From the NCBI RefSeq assembly GCF_009914755.1, contig NC_060933.1: a stretch of DNA of 64,000 bases; one strand, 5' to 3'. The notes under the pieces were generated by a model, which searched no databases, was not told where the DNA came from, and was given only the letters and a program-made list of their open reading frames with translations. The translations under genes were made by a program, and so were the position numbers. Source of the DNA: the human T2T-CHM13v2.0 reference genome, Homo sapiens. Position 1 is the first letter of the stretch, and each line of letters begins with the position of its first letter. Shown here piece after piece: positions 28,360 through 47,825 of this stretch.

Positions 28360-30973
28360 AAGAAACAAAAACCGAAACATTTAATTTTTTCTCCCCAAAC
28401 CAAGACGCTGACACTAGCCTGAGTTCCCCTAACAATGTTATTTTCTACAACAGAAGCTGGGACAGAGGAACAAACACAGCCCACTCAAGCAGTGGTGGCA
28501 ACATTCTGTTAGAAAGGAGGGGAGTCAAAGAAAAAAACACCCCTCCGCCCATCTCCTTATCACCTCCCTAAAGACAGAGGAGAACATGGACACCCTCCAT
28601 CCTGATAGACATGCCATGTGGTCAGTTTGTGCGGTAAACAGGAAAAAAAAAAACCTAAAGATATTGTAGACCTTTATTTTCTTTAAATCTCCTAATAAAA
28701 ACATTAAACTTTCAAGAAGATTCCAAACTGACATTGCATAGACCAACTCCTTTCCAAAAATATCTCTGATATACTCTCCAACTCTCTCAATATATAGAAT
28801 TTGAAGTCCAGGAGCTGTGGGCACCTGGTGGGAATTCACTGAGCTCAAGGGGACAAGAGGGCTGAGGACAGGGCTCCCACATGGGGACAAGGCCAGGCTT
28901 TCTGGCCTCTGGTTCCAGCCAGCATCAATTTGGTTGTGGCCAAATTCTCAGTCCAATCACCCTGGCCCAGGGCCTGGCGTGGGAGGATGTGGCAGGCTCT
29001 GTCTCCTTCTGGGGTTCCTGGTCTGGAGGAGTCTCCCCAACAGCGCCAAAGCTGGCTGTTTTCCGCCCAAAGCCCCAGAACTTTGAATGAGAGGCAAATC
29101 TACCCTGAATGCACCTCCCTCCTAGGCTGGGTGAGGTCACGCAGACACAGAAGGGCAGGACAGAACTCCCCATCTTCTGGGGGCCAATTCGTCTGGACAC
29201 TGTGCGGTCAGCTTCCTTTTTAAAGTGCCAGTATCGGTGGGGCAGGAAGGGACTCTCAGGGCTGAGCAGAGCCTTCTCCAGCGCGAGCAAACACTCTGTC
29301 CCGCCTCGGCAGGCACCTTCTAACATTCATTTTCTAAGGGTTAGGTGAGTAAAACAACAACAACAAATGCTGGAAATGCTCTGTTCCCAATGCCAGGGAG
29401 TTCCAAGACCAAGAAGCCCAACTCTCACCAGCGGGGGCAGATGGGGAGCTAGGGAAGGAACCCTCCCAGCCTGGGGAGGGCACCTGCACCCCTCCCAGAG
29501 AGAGAAGCCCCCATCCCGGCCCCCCAGCTGGGCCCCAGCGCTGCTGGAACCAGCCGGCAGGTGGGGCAGAAAAGCAGCACCTCCCCTCACCAGGGCGAGG
29601 AGGCAATATTGAACCGTGAACTCAAGAAGAAAGACGGAAAGAAAAAATGAAAAAAGCTACAGGGCTAAGTAAACACCAGCCTGCTGGGTTTATACAAAAT
29701 GAGTGAAATTTAAAAGGGGCAGGAGAGTTTGTCCAGGGACTGGCTGGCAGCCAGAACCCACCTTCAAGCAAGTTACAAGGACTTGGGGGAAAGTGCTGAG
29801 AGCAGAGGCTTTAGTAGGGGGCAGGGCCAGACTGCTCCCCACTGGGAAAGCACACCCCTTAAAGGAGCCCTTCCCCCTTGCCCAGAACGGGGGATGCTTC
29901 CAGAGGAAGGCTGAGGCTTTTCTGGTAAGGAAGCCAGCTCCGGACCAGTCCAGCCACAGCCCACCTGCCTCTCTGGCATCCGCCCCAGTCTGGGCAGCTG
30001 ACCCTGAGGGCAGAGAAGGACTTTGCTTGCTCCAACCTTCCTGCAGGAAAACCAGCTGCTCAGGACCCAGCCCTGGGCAGAGGGCACGGTCGGTGCTCAG
30101 ACCTTTCTCAGCACGGGTCTCAGACCTGAGCTGGAGCTAACTGGAGGAAGAGGCAGCACCCGTTCCCGCCGGGCTGCTGGACCCTGGGCCTCTGACTGCA
30201 CAGCAGGCAGTGACCAGGAGTCCTTGGGAAGGAGCTCAGGGAAGGGGAGGTGAGGGGCCAGTGGGACTGTGCTGGGGGTGAGCATGTGCAAAGTGCAGGC
30301 TGCAAGGCAGCGGGAGGACATTTGCCGGGGGGAGGCAGGGGTCTCGATCTGGAGTGTGGGTGGGGTCTGAGGTCATGGCTCCCAGGAAGAGGCCGCCAGC
30401 AGGTCCCCCAGGACACAAGGAAGGGACAGCTGAAGCACTAAGCAGTCAGACAGTCACAGGTGGCAGGATTCCGGAGGCGGTCTGGCCCCCCCACCACCAG
30501 GGCAAGGGAACAACGGAGCAAGGCCCTGCTGCTAAGACGTGACCAAAGCCAGTGCTCCTGGAGTGAGTGGGGACACAGGTAGAGAGGCCCCCTCAGCCAC
30601 AGGCATCTCTACATTTAGGAGCTGCTGCATGTCCTCAGCCAGAGGGCTGGGTCAGTCTCCAGCAGCGCCGGTCCTTGCCAGCTCCTTCTTGCCCACAAGC
30701 TGCACGGGCCCGCCTGGCCTGCCTGGCCTGCCCTCTAGTGGTTCAGAGGAGAATATTCACAGTGGTGCCTGGGCCTTGGTGGGCCAGGAGGGTCCCAGCA
30801 TGGATGGGAGGGGCAATGGAATGATGCTACGGGGAGTGTGGACTGGAGTGCATGGAGGAGGCATGGATGAGATGTGGCGCAGAGGTGATCTGAAGGGGAA
30901 AGTTCCTCATGGAATGATACAGGTCTGGACTCCAGAGAAAGCAGGACTCTTCTCCAGCCCGGACACCTGCTCC
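28360..30973 (-). other. FAM102A: FAM102A long 3' UTR (about 2.6 kb); ATTAAA at 28380-28385, additional AATAAA at 28673-28678
   Basis: Repeat-free stretch after the stop codon ending in a poly(A) hexamer followed by a U/GU-rich tract. Confidence 0.7.
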
Positions 30974-31019
30974 TCAATGGCTTTCAATCACAACTGGCTC
31001 GTAGACCCCAGAAGAGACC
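30974..31019 (-). CDS. FAM102A: FAM102A (EEIG1) exon 11 coding part
   Basis: VSSGVYEPVVIESH*; acceptor ctgcag|. Confidence 0.93.
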
Positions 31020-32395
31020 CTGCAGGTGAGAGACAGGTCAGCATGTCCCCCTCGATACCCCATTTCCTGAGCGCTCCACTGGACCAGGCCTCTGGAGGTG
31101 TTTCACAAGCAGGTACTGTTAACCAGCCCTGTGTTGCAAAGGGGCTAAAACCGTGCCCCAGCGATGGTAAGTCCCTTGCCCACAGTGACACAGATAGTAA
31201 GCATCAGAGTCTGTGGGGCCTGCAGAGCCCTTCCGGGCACATCTGGCTGTGCCACCCCATCCTCACGGTCACCTCGGCAGGGAGTCACTGCATCCTGCCC
31301 CACTTGACAGGTGAAGAAACTGAGGCTCAGAGGGATGTGAGGGTGACCAAGAGGGCAGTGGGAAGTCAGGAAACCTGGTCAGCTCCTTTCCCTGCCGAGC
31401 CCAGGCCCAGCCCTGGAGTCGGGGACTCTCGGGGCTCAGCATGTAGCTCTGCTGTGATCTCGCTCCCAACCAGATTGGTTTCTTTCCCCAAGATGCTTCC
31501 TCATTTTCAGAGGGGGCCAGGGAGGGGTGTGTTTACAAACCCATAAGGAAGCCAGCCCCTCAGTTTCCTTCTTGCTCACCGCCCCCTCACCCCCACCCCA
31601 GAGCAGCCCAGGAGGCTACTGGGAGGTGATGGCTGCCATTCCAGGCCGTGGCCAGCAGGAGTCAGCAGAGCAGCTTGAGAGGGTAGCCTCTGCGCAGCGG
31701 CCTGGCCACGCCTCTTCCCTGGGGATGTGGATGTTAGGCGGGCTCCCCACCTGCCCTCAGCAGCCCGCCTGTGGGAAGCTCATTCGCTCACTCGCTCATT
31801 CATTTGGTTAGCCAAAGCACATGGAGAGCCAGGCACATAGTCAACATGCTCCAAATGAATGTCTGTGACGCAGCACTCTATAAACTGTCGTTCCCGCAAC
31901 TTTGGTCCCATCTACCCCTGCCATCTGTGGATGCTGTGTAGGCAGCAGCCTGCATTGAACCAGGCCTTCACTTAGGGCCTAGTGCCTAGCTGGTGCTAGG
32001 GAAAGATTTGTTCAGTAAACCCATGAGGCATCACCACCACCATTCTTCCCGAGTCCCTGGAGCTGGGAGGAAGTAGAAGGGAGGGTTCTAAATAAATGCG
32101 TGTGAGGCCCCTGCCATGTGCTGAGCCCTGCACCAGGCATTGCTGGAGGTGACCTTGTGAACTGTGGGAAACCACCGAACCTGTCCGTGCCCTCACTGCC
32201 CCAGGCTCCCAGGTGAGGTGGTGGTGTCCACACAGCCTGACAGATGGGGAAAGGGAGGTTCAGAGACATGACAGGCCCAGGGTCACACTGTGGCGACAAG
32301 ATTTGGCGTTCAAGGCCAGGTGAGTGGACTGTGGGGACTCTGCTCTCACCCCCAAGCCCCAGCCGCCCCGACGACCCCTCCCTAAGCCTGCCCTA

Positions 32396-32685
<290 letters not shown>

Positions 32686-33147
32686 TCAGGTCGTGGGGGG
32701 ACAAGTCACAACGGTCAGGGCAGTAACAGGTACAAGCACAGAACGACGACAATAATGCCAGTCAGCCGCAGCGGCGCTCAGAATGTCCCTGTGCGCTCCG
32801 TGCTGTACTTCACTGAAACCTCACATGCACAATAGGGTGCAGCTGCCATCATGAGCCGATTTTATAGACGAGGATGCCAGGCAATGAGCAGGTAAGTCAG
32901 CTTCCTAAGGCCACCTAGCAGATCGTGCTCTTGTCTGATCCACAAAACCGCAAGAGCAGCCATGAACAGAACCTGCTGCACGCCGGGCATGGCTGCACCC
33001 TTCAGGGCCATCAGCTAGTGGAATCGTCACCACCCAACCCTCTGAGGTGGGGACCTTACGGTCCCTGTGTTATAGGTAAAGAAGCGGAGGTTCAAGGCAC
33101 CACCGGGAGAGGTCTGTTCTCCAGGGGGCACCAAGCAGTAGGCCTCA

Positions 33148-33614
<467 letters not shown>

Positions 33615-34906
33615 TCACAGAGCCTCCCATGGCAGGGCGCCATTTAACAGACTGAAAAACAGGTTCAGAGGAGCAGCAACCAGCCTGAGCCATAGGTCAC
33701 CCTCCGAACCCAGGTCCCTTCATTCCACAGAGGGCACACTTGGGTGGGGTGCCCACCACAGGTCAGCGAGGAAGAAGAACGCTGAACAAAAACTGCCTCC
33801 ACTACCCACAACCGCAGTGAGAGGTGCACAGCAGGGAGCAGTGCTTACTGGGGGTCTGGCCCAGTCTGGGGACAGGGGAGGCTTCTCCAAGGAGACGGCC
33901 TTAATGGCAGACCTCCAGGACACATTGCTGGAGGGAGCCAGCTAAGGCCTCAAGAGGGCAAGGGCTTTCCAGGCACAGAGAACAGCATCGGCAGAGGCCC
34001 CGAGGCTGGAAGGGGCCTGGGTCAGCGGAGTTGGAGTGGAAGGGACATGGTGAGGGCGAGCGGTCTGGCCCAAAGGGACAGGCCCACAGTCCTGTCCCAA
34101 GTCACCCATAAGCCCAACTTCAAAACAGACTTTCCTGGCACTCCCCAGCAGGAGGCAAAAGGGACTAGGTGGGACCTACCCAGGGCTCTGAGTATCCACC
34201 TGCCTTCCCGCCCAACACACCCCAGGCTGGCCTGTGACACCCCAGGCTGGCCTGTGTGCCCATCCATAACTATGTGGCTTTTCAAGTCCCCAACAGGTTC
34301 TCTGCATATGGGGGGAGGCCAGCTCCAGAGGCAAGTGGGCACTCAAGTCTCACCCTGCCTGGGGGAGGGGCCTCTTCTACTTCACACGAAGGCACCACCT
34401 GCGCTGGGGTGGCCTAGTCCCCAGACACATCTCTCTTCTGGGGAACCCCATCCAGGGGCTGGAGAGAGTAATTGTGCTGGGAAGCCCCCAGCTTTCTGTT
34501 CTGGGCCTCAGCTAGCTGGGTCTGCAGTGGAAAAGGGAGTGGAGGGAAGCTGGGCCCTTGAGGTCAGAGGGTCTCTCACTGCTCTCAGTTCCCAGAGGCA
34601 GAATCACTCGGCAAGCATCTGCTGGGCCACATGAGGCCTGTGCTCTAACTGATTCTGTGGGACAAATCAGGGTTGTCACGTGACACCTTGTTCACTAATC
34701 AGCCTGGAGGCAGTCCAAGGCTCATACCTCTGGGGGCCCTGCTTAGGGTTGAGGGGGCCCAGCAAACACTTGGGGGCAGGCCAGAGCCTCCTGTCCTGGC
34801 AACACCCCCTCCTCCTAATTGCCACACCATCTCCTCTGGGGGTTGGGGCTCGTTCACATTTTTCATAACATTAGTACCAGTGATAATTTAATAAAAACAG
34901 AGTGCC

Positions 34907-35235
<329 letters not shown>

Positions 35236-35765
35236 AGAGTGCCCACTAAGTGCTTACCATGTGCTGGGCAGGTGCCCACATGTGGACAGTTAATCCCCAA
35301 AGTGACCTGGGATGTAATTGCTATTACCAATCCCATTTTCCAAAGAACACTGAGACAGAGAGACGCAAACTGGCCAGTCAAAGTCATAGAGTATGTGGGA
35401 GAGCAAGAGCTCCCAGCACGTCCCTCTGCCAGGTATACTGTGCCTCACCCCCTGAATGCAGCTCAGATACTACATCCTCAGGGAAGCCTTCCCTGGCCCC
35501 AGATGGATCCCACCTTCTGGGCCTGTCTTCCCCAGCTTTTATCCTGTTTGCAGGTAGACATGCATTTATCTACGGCTTGATTGAGGCCTGTTTCTTCTGC
35601 TAGACTGCAGGGCCTTGAGGATGGGGAGGCCACATCAGTCTCAGTCCAAGGCACAGCTGTGATCTCAGGGCCCAGCACCACAGCCAGCACGCACAAGGTG
35701 ATCAGGTCTCATCAGCCCAGCAGGAGCATGCAAACACCCTCCCACCATCACTCTCCCCTCAGTCA

Positions 35766-36029
<264 letters not shown>

Positions 36030-36148
36030 CTAGGGTGCCCTGCTTCAGGACCAGATGAAAACAGAGGACACCCAGAGTCCCTGTTCCTCCACCCCTAGTG
36101 CCCGGGACTGGGCTCCCATCCGCTCCCTAGGCCTGTGCCAGCACTCAC

Positions 36149-36195
36149 GTCTTGAAGCAGGGATCTCCAGAGAGCAGGAACATACCAATGGTGAC
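36149..36195 (-). CDS. FAM102A: FAM102A exon 5 (47 nt)
   Basis: VTIGMFLLSGDPCFK. Confidence 0.92.
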
Positions 36196-36814
36196 CTGTG
36201 GCGAGGGGAGCAATCAGCTATGCCCTGGCCACCCACAGCCTGCCCAGGCGCAGGGCCCCCTGCAGCCTTTCGGCTCTGGCCTCAGAAGGGCTCGGATTCC
36301 AATCCTGTCTCTCTGCCCCCTCCTGGCTTGGGGGCTCTGGCAAAGCCACTAACCTCTCTGAGCCCAGTTTCCCTGTGTGGAGGACAGAGATGGAACCAAG
36401 GCCTGCCTGGCAGACCAGAGGGGAGGGCATAGCAAGGTGAGGCCTGGGCTCAGCCCTGCGCCTGGCAGAGTGAGTGGACTGCCATCAGCTACAGGCCTAG
36501 ACAATGAGCTTCTCCATGGTGAAGCCACACACTCACCCCGGCCCTGTGTAAGGACCACAGAGCTCAACCCAGCAGGCAGGAGAGGGAAGAGGGCTCATGG
36601 GGCCTGGCACAGCAGGTGGTGGGCAGGGTTTGGTGAAAGTCTGATGAAAAAGCATGAAGCCATTGCAAACTAACAACAGCCCAAATGTGGCAAGATTTGG
36701 GCCCTAAAATCTAGGCTGAGATGGAGTGACAGGCAGAGATGAGCAAGTGGAAAAGAGGAGCACAGATCCTGACGTCACCACTTATGAAAGGGTGACCACT
36801 CCGTTGAGGCTTTC

Positions 36815-37127
<313 letters not shown>

Positions 37128-37404
37128 CTAGGTTGAGGCTTTCTATGGCTTATTCACTCGGCCATGAAAGCATCCTAGCTAGCCCAAGGCTGTTGATGAG
37201 GGAACCAAGACTCAGAGAGGGGAAGTGACTCCCAAGACCTTGCAGACAGGATGTGGGGGAGCTTCCCTTGAACCCAAGGCTACCTGGCCCCCAGGCTCCC
37301 TTGATCTGGCCTGAGGTGCACAGGGCTACTGTGCCTGTGCTTTTCAGCCTGACTGAGGCTGAAAGGCTCCAGCTCCCAAGACAATCAGCCTGGACCCTTT
37401 CTGG

Positions 37405-37495
37405 CATCTCCGGTTCCCTCTGCAAAGGGTCTAGGAGGCCCCAGAGCCCCTGCTCACCACCTCCTGCCCAGCTCTGCTCCAGATACCATAGGCTC
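37405..37495 (+). repeat. 91-bp direct repeat, copy 1 (copy 2 at 39020-39110)
   Basis: 87/91 identity between the copies. Confidence 0.93.
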
Positions 37496-38174
37496 TCCCT
37501 GGGTCCCCTTGCAGAGGCGCTGTTAGGACAGCCTGTTTTCCCGGCCAGGTGAAAGGTGTGGAAACAGAGGAAGAGAGGTGTGCTGGTGACGGACACCCAG
37601 ACATTTCTGTTCCCAAAAGGCCAACGAGGCAGCTGCCTGGGGGTGGGGCTGCCCTGTCCACTGGAAACCTGCCCCCGGGGCCCTCAGCAGCCATCATTTT
37701 CACTGATAATCCACTGGGGGCCAGGCTACCACGTGTCACTTGGGGAAGAGTTAGGAGCTGGGCCAAGAAGTCAACTGGCTGGTGGTCAGGTGCCAGCTCT
37801 GTCTGTGACTTCAGGCAAATGACTTAACGTCTGTGCCTTAACTCCCTCCCATTTGAAGCTGGGACTAATCAAAGATACCACAGCTCGTGGGGCTGCTGTC
37901 AGGGGACCACAAGAGAAGAGAGGGCATGCAATCAGCATGACGTGAACCCACTGCAGGTGCTTGCCAAACCCTGGAGACTGTCAGGGCCCCCTCCCTGAAC
38001 TTGATGGGGAAACTGAGGCCAACAGCGGAGCCAGGCCTCCCTCTGATAGTGGTTTCCTGATTCCAGGGCTCGCCCCTTCCCGATGTCTACCTATTCAGGT
38101 AAGGCCTGTATTTTTAACAACCCTCCTCCAGAGGATTCTGATGAGCAGCCTGGTTTGTCCCCATCCCGTGGTCA

Positions 38175-38321
<147 letters not shown>

Positions 38322-39019
38322 CTAGGAGGTGAGAGGAGCGTGTGGGAGGGCTGAGGGAGTGTGGGCTCCTGGCTGGCGGAAGCCCAGAAGGGTAACTTGG
38401 CAAAAGTTGGAGAGGGAGACAGATAAAGCCCCTGGGCCAGCCCCACAGCCTCGACTGACTGTTGCATAACTGGGACCCAAGGACAGAGGCCCCGGGTCGG
38501 CAGCACCAACATGGCAAAGCCAGGAACTCACATCCCTGAGCTGCACAAAGCACCCTTTGTGCCACGTCCCGGCGTGCACCGGGGCCAGTGCGCCTGACAT
38601 GAAAGGACATTGTTGTCCGTGACACAGATGCATTGTTCCCTGGGAAACAAGGCCGTGCTGTCGGGAGCTGCCGGGTCAGCAGGCAGGGGAGGAGGGAAGG
38701 CCTGTGGGAAGTGGGTGCTGGGGAAAGTGATGGGACACCCCCACAGGGGTTGGGAGGGGAGGGGCACTGCAGGATGAGCAGGAGCCCCAGGGAAGGCGCC
38801 CTGGTAGAGGCCAGAGTGAGGGGCTGCTGGGCAGAGTTCAGGGTCTGAACAGGCCCTTGGGACCTCTGGACAGAGGATCGAGGGATGGGGAGGGAAGTGG
38901 GAGTAAGTGCGAAGAGGGCATGCGCTAAGAAGGCCCTGTGGATGGAGGCCAAGTCTGCTAGACCTGGAGGGGAAAGTGAGATTGAGACGAGGTGGTGCCA
39001 GACTTGGGGACTTGGAAGA

Positions 39020-39110
39020 CATCTCCGGTTCCCTCTGCAAAGGGTCTAGGAGGCCCCAGAGCCTCTGCTTACCACCTCCTGCCCAGCTCTGCTCCAGATA
39101 CAACAGGCTC
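39020..39110 (+). repeat. 91-bp direct repeat, copy 2
   Basis: CATCTCCGGTTCCCTCTGCAAAGGGTCTAGGAGGCCCCAGAGCC...GGCTC. Confidence 0.93.
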
Positions 39111-39317
39111 AGAAGAGACAGATAATGAAATGTTTGAACCAATGTTTGAACCCAACCGAACCAATCAGGGATGAGTGTCAAGTAACTGCTGCCTGCAAGT
39201 CTCTACTGCAGGGTTCAGGGCACACACTCCAGAATCAGGGAATTGGATTCAGATCCTAGCCCCGCCATGGACTCAGAGTGATCCCCATTTTATAGATGAG
39301 AAAACTAAGTTCACAGA

Positions 39318-39597
39318 GGCCGGGCGCGGTGGCACGCCTGTAATCCCAGCACTTTGGGAGGCCAAGGCAGGCGGATCACGAGGTCAGGAGATCGAGACCA
39401 TCCTGGCGAACACGGTGAAACCCCGTCTCTACTAAAAATACAAAAAAAATTAGCCGGGCGAGGTGGCGGGCACCTGTAGTCCCAGCTACTCAGGAGGCTG
39501 AGGCAGGAGAATGGCGTGAACCCGGGAGGCGGAGCTTGTAGTGAGCCGAGATCGCGCCACTGCACTCCAGCCTGGGCGACAGCGAGACTCCATCTCA

Positions 39598-39629
<32 letters not shown>
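39318..39629 (+). mobile_element. AluY-like element
   Basis: High CpG retention; TSD GAAAACTAAGTTCA. Confidence 0.92.
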
Positions 39630-40492
39630 CTAAGTTCAGGGAGGGGAAGAAGCTTGCCCAGGGCCAAACAGCTAACCCAACAGAGACAGGACTGAAACTA
39701 GGCCTGATCAGCACCACGTCCAGCCACTTCTCAGGGCCTCAGTTTCCTCCTCTGTATAATGGGAGTAAAGCCTGCAGTGGGAGTTCAATTACAGAACAGA
39801 AGGGAAGGGGCCTGGCAGTGCCTGCCACGTGCTGGGTGCCTGGTAAATGTTTGCCAGTGGAGGTGAGATGCTCCCAGGTGTTTGCTGGTAATTCCTTTCC
39901 TGGCTGCACAGCTGTCCTCACCCGTGTGAATCAGAGAAATTTCCACTGTGACAGCACCCTCCACAGCCTGGTTCTAGCCATACTGTCCTCTGCTTCTGGA
40001 GAGGGACGTCAGCGCCCCGGGCCAGGGCAGAGTGCACTGCCCAGCCGGCTGAGTTCCTGAGCTCTGGTCAGTGGGAAGGGCCACGCCCTGTATAGCACCT
40101 CCCTCGGGTGAGAGGTGAGGCAAAGGCATTTCCCCTCCCGGCTGATGAAGCCCACCCTCCTGCCACTGGGCTAAGCCTCAGGAGCTGAGGAGGGGAGGCC
40201 AAGAGTCCACCATGGAGAAGAGGGATGGAAGGCAGAGCAGGCTTATTCAAAGCCAGAGCTGTCTTCTCCCTCTTTGCCCAGTAGAAAAGCTCTTAATACT
40301 ATGTAGGGCTGAACTGTCTGTGGGTACAGTGAAACCCTGGTAACAATGCACATGTCCAGCAGCAGGGCTGGCTGAGTCAACCATCGCCAGCCATGCCACG
40401 GGACACTGCTGCCATTAGAAAGCACGTGGAAATCTGTGATAACACAAAAAGATGCCCAGAATGGATTAAGTAAAAAACCAAGCTGCAAATCT

Positions 40493-40968
<476 letters not shown>

Positions 40969-41357
40969 TCATTTTGCATTTCTTTAAACCACACGCATAC
41001 ATTTTATTTGCTGCTCTCTTTGTATGGTATATTTCCTTTTTTTCTTCTTACAAGGTCTGGAAAGGTCTTAATCTATCCAATAATGGGGTCCCAGAAAGAG
41101 GCCTGGAGAGAGGAAAGGGGACAGAAACTGGCCCTTTTGCTCTGTGGACTTCTGTACCATTTATATTGCAACAACCATATGCTGCCTTTATATTGAGTGC
41201 AAAGACCATCAATAAAGATATTTCTAAAAAATAACACATCTCAGGTAGGGCTGAGTGCCTCTTGCTTGTGGCAGAAAAGGGGCTGGAGGCTTCCCTTGTG
41301 CCTGTCCCATGCCACCCCCCATTCCATCCCACTGCCCCTTCACACAGCCCCTCTTAC

Positions 41358-41387
41358 CTTGGAATAAGCCTTCCCGCCTTTCAGCTC
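41358..41387 (-). CDS. FAM102A: FAM102A exon 3 (30 nt)
   Basis: ELKGGKAYSK; cag| ... AAG|GTAAG. Confidence 0.92.
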
Positions 41388-41443
41388 CTGCACAGGGAGG
41401 GAGACACAAGCAGCAAGTTGACTGCGGAATCCCAGGGACCTCA

Positions 41444-41824
<381 letters not shown>

Positions 41825-44129
41825 TCACTCTGTGTCACAAAATAGCTGTGTTTTCACCACAAGAATGTACTCGTGTAGTTGTTGTAAAAACAACAGTGAA
41901 AACGTAATAAAAATGAGACAAACACAAGGCAGGGGTGAGGTGAGCTAGGGCAGCTGTCCCTCCCCAGGAAGCCTGGCAACCTGCAGAGCCTCCCTCTGTA
42001 CCCAGTGCTGCTCCCGCCACCTTGCTCTGAGACCTTGGGCAGTTCCCTGCACTGCCATTACCTCCTCCAAAGCCAGGCTCTGCCAACCGCCTCATGACCC
42101 TCACAATAGTCTTAGGCTGGACTACTCAGCCCATTTCAAAGATGAAGAGACCGAGGCTAGGCAAGCTGCCCCACACCTCCCAGCCAGTAGATAGCTGAGC
42201 TGGGCCTGAAGCCTGGTTCCTCCTGACTCCAGAGCTGCCTTCTTCATCACTAATAACAACAATGGCAATAGTAACAACAGCTGATACCCACACAGTGATT
42301 CCCATGTGCCAGGCACTGTTCAAAGAACTTCACAAGAGCCAGCAGGCCCTGGAGCCTGCTCCAAGTGCCAGAGAAAGGTGGTCATGCCAAACCTTTCCAA
42401 CCTCTGTATGGAGCAGCCACATCATCAGCTCAATCCCCAGTCAAAGAAACTGGGGGCCCGGAGGCTAAGACCCTCACCTGAGGCCCACCACAGGTAAGAG
42501 CAGAATGGGGATTAACCCAAGCAGTTGGACTCTGGGTGCGGAGACAGCGACCTGGGGGCTTCAGCTTCACCAACACTAAGCAGAGGGCTCTGGTCTTCTA
42601 GCCCCCCGGTTCCTCCTGAGTTGGAGAGCATGACCATGCTGAAAAATTCAGCACCCCTCTACTGGAGAGATGCTTTGTGCCCTGGGAGTGAGTGGGAGCC
42701 AGTGGCAGCAGCTCATCCAAGCCCCTCCCAACTGCTGCGGGGGCCTTGGCAGGATCTGGGGGTGGCAGCGGCACGTGGCAGAACCGAGCTCTGCATCCCC
42801 GAGCAGCTCCCCATCTCCATACAGCCTGCCTGGCAGAGCCCGTGCTCAGGAAGGGGTGGCCAGGGAAGGGAGGAGACAGTGTGAGAGACGTTATCTCCAG
42901 CTCATCCCACCTAAGCACAACCGCCAAGGGGACAGCTAAGGAAGTGACCCGAGGAGAGTGGGTTAACTGCCAGATCGAGGCCTCAGGGCAGAGGGTCGGA
43001 GAGGGCCGCAGCCAAGCCTCCCCTGAGCATCGCCAGGTTTGCTTTGCATGGCAGTCTTGCAAGGTGGGCTCTATGCCACCCCTTCTACTGCTGAGGGCAC
43101 TGAAGCTCCAAAAGAAGGCCACCCTACCCGCCACTCGAGCTCATATCCCCAGTGATTGGCAAAGCAGGATTTAAACCCAGGACTGTATGACTTCAGAGTC
43201 AGGGCTCTCAGTCGCCACTTTGGCTCAGGAGCCCGGGAAAGCCTGGCGAGGAGAACCTGTGGTGTTGTGGGGCCTGTAGTACCCTGCTCTGCCCCAAGGC
43301 ACCGCCCAGGTCTCTGAGTGCCAAGCAGGTGCTGGGATGAGCCACTGCAGACTGTATTTACCCAGTGATGACTCATTGTCACCAGGAGAGGGCGGGGGAA
43401 CAGATGAATCAGGGAAGGTGACATTCAAGCTCAGGATAGAATGAGCCTGGGGAGTAGCCAGGTGGAGGAGACAGTTCCAAGGAGAGGAAACAGCATGAAT
43501 GAGGGAGTCCCGTTTCCTTAGCCAATGAAAGCCCCTAAGCCTCACTTTCTATGAGGAGCCCCCTCCAGGCTCCACAAGGCTTTGAGGATGTGACCAAGGC
43601 TTACCCTGTGCTCCTGCCAAGGCAGTGACAAGGGTCAAGAGGGCAGGCAGACCTGGGCCACACCCTGCACACTCACTGGGGCACACCGCCCCTGTCGTGG
43701 CTGCTGTTGTGGGAGCACTGAGTGAAATGAATCCTGCAAAGTGCCTGGCCCGGTGAAGGCTCTGTGATGTCACCAGAATGCACCTAGCTTGTTAGGAGGG
43801 TGAGCTCCAACAACCCTCTGCAACCAAGACTGGGGACAAGCAGAAAGGTCAGGGCTGAAGACGGGAGGAAGGGACAGATCTAATCCCTATAGGCAGGTGC
43901 CACAGGAGTGGGGGCCCTAGGCTGGGGGCATCACTTGAGCCTAGTCATGCTGGCTCCACTTATTCATTCATTCATCATCAAACAACTGAGCACCAGTGTG
44001 TGCCAGGCCCTGTTCTAGGCACTCGAACCACAGCAGTAACCAGCTTACATTCTGGTGGGAGGAGAAAGAAGAAGACCAAATAAATAAGAAAAATACCTAG
44101 TAGTGGAAAGGAAGAACTAAAACTATATT

Positions 44130-47825
<3,696 letters not shown>

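Noticed and set aside
30539-31546. 335-aa plus-strand ORF antisense to the FAM102A last exon and 3' UTR
   Set aside because: GTG start, no recognisable domain, low-complexity G/S/P composition, includes MIR-like sequence; long ORFs arise by chance in GC-rich DNA.
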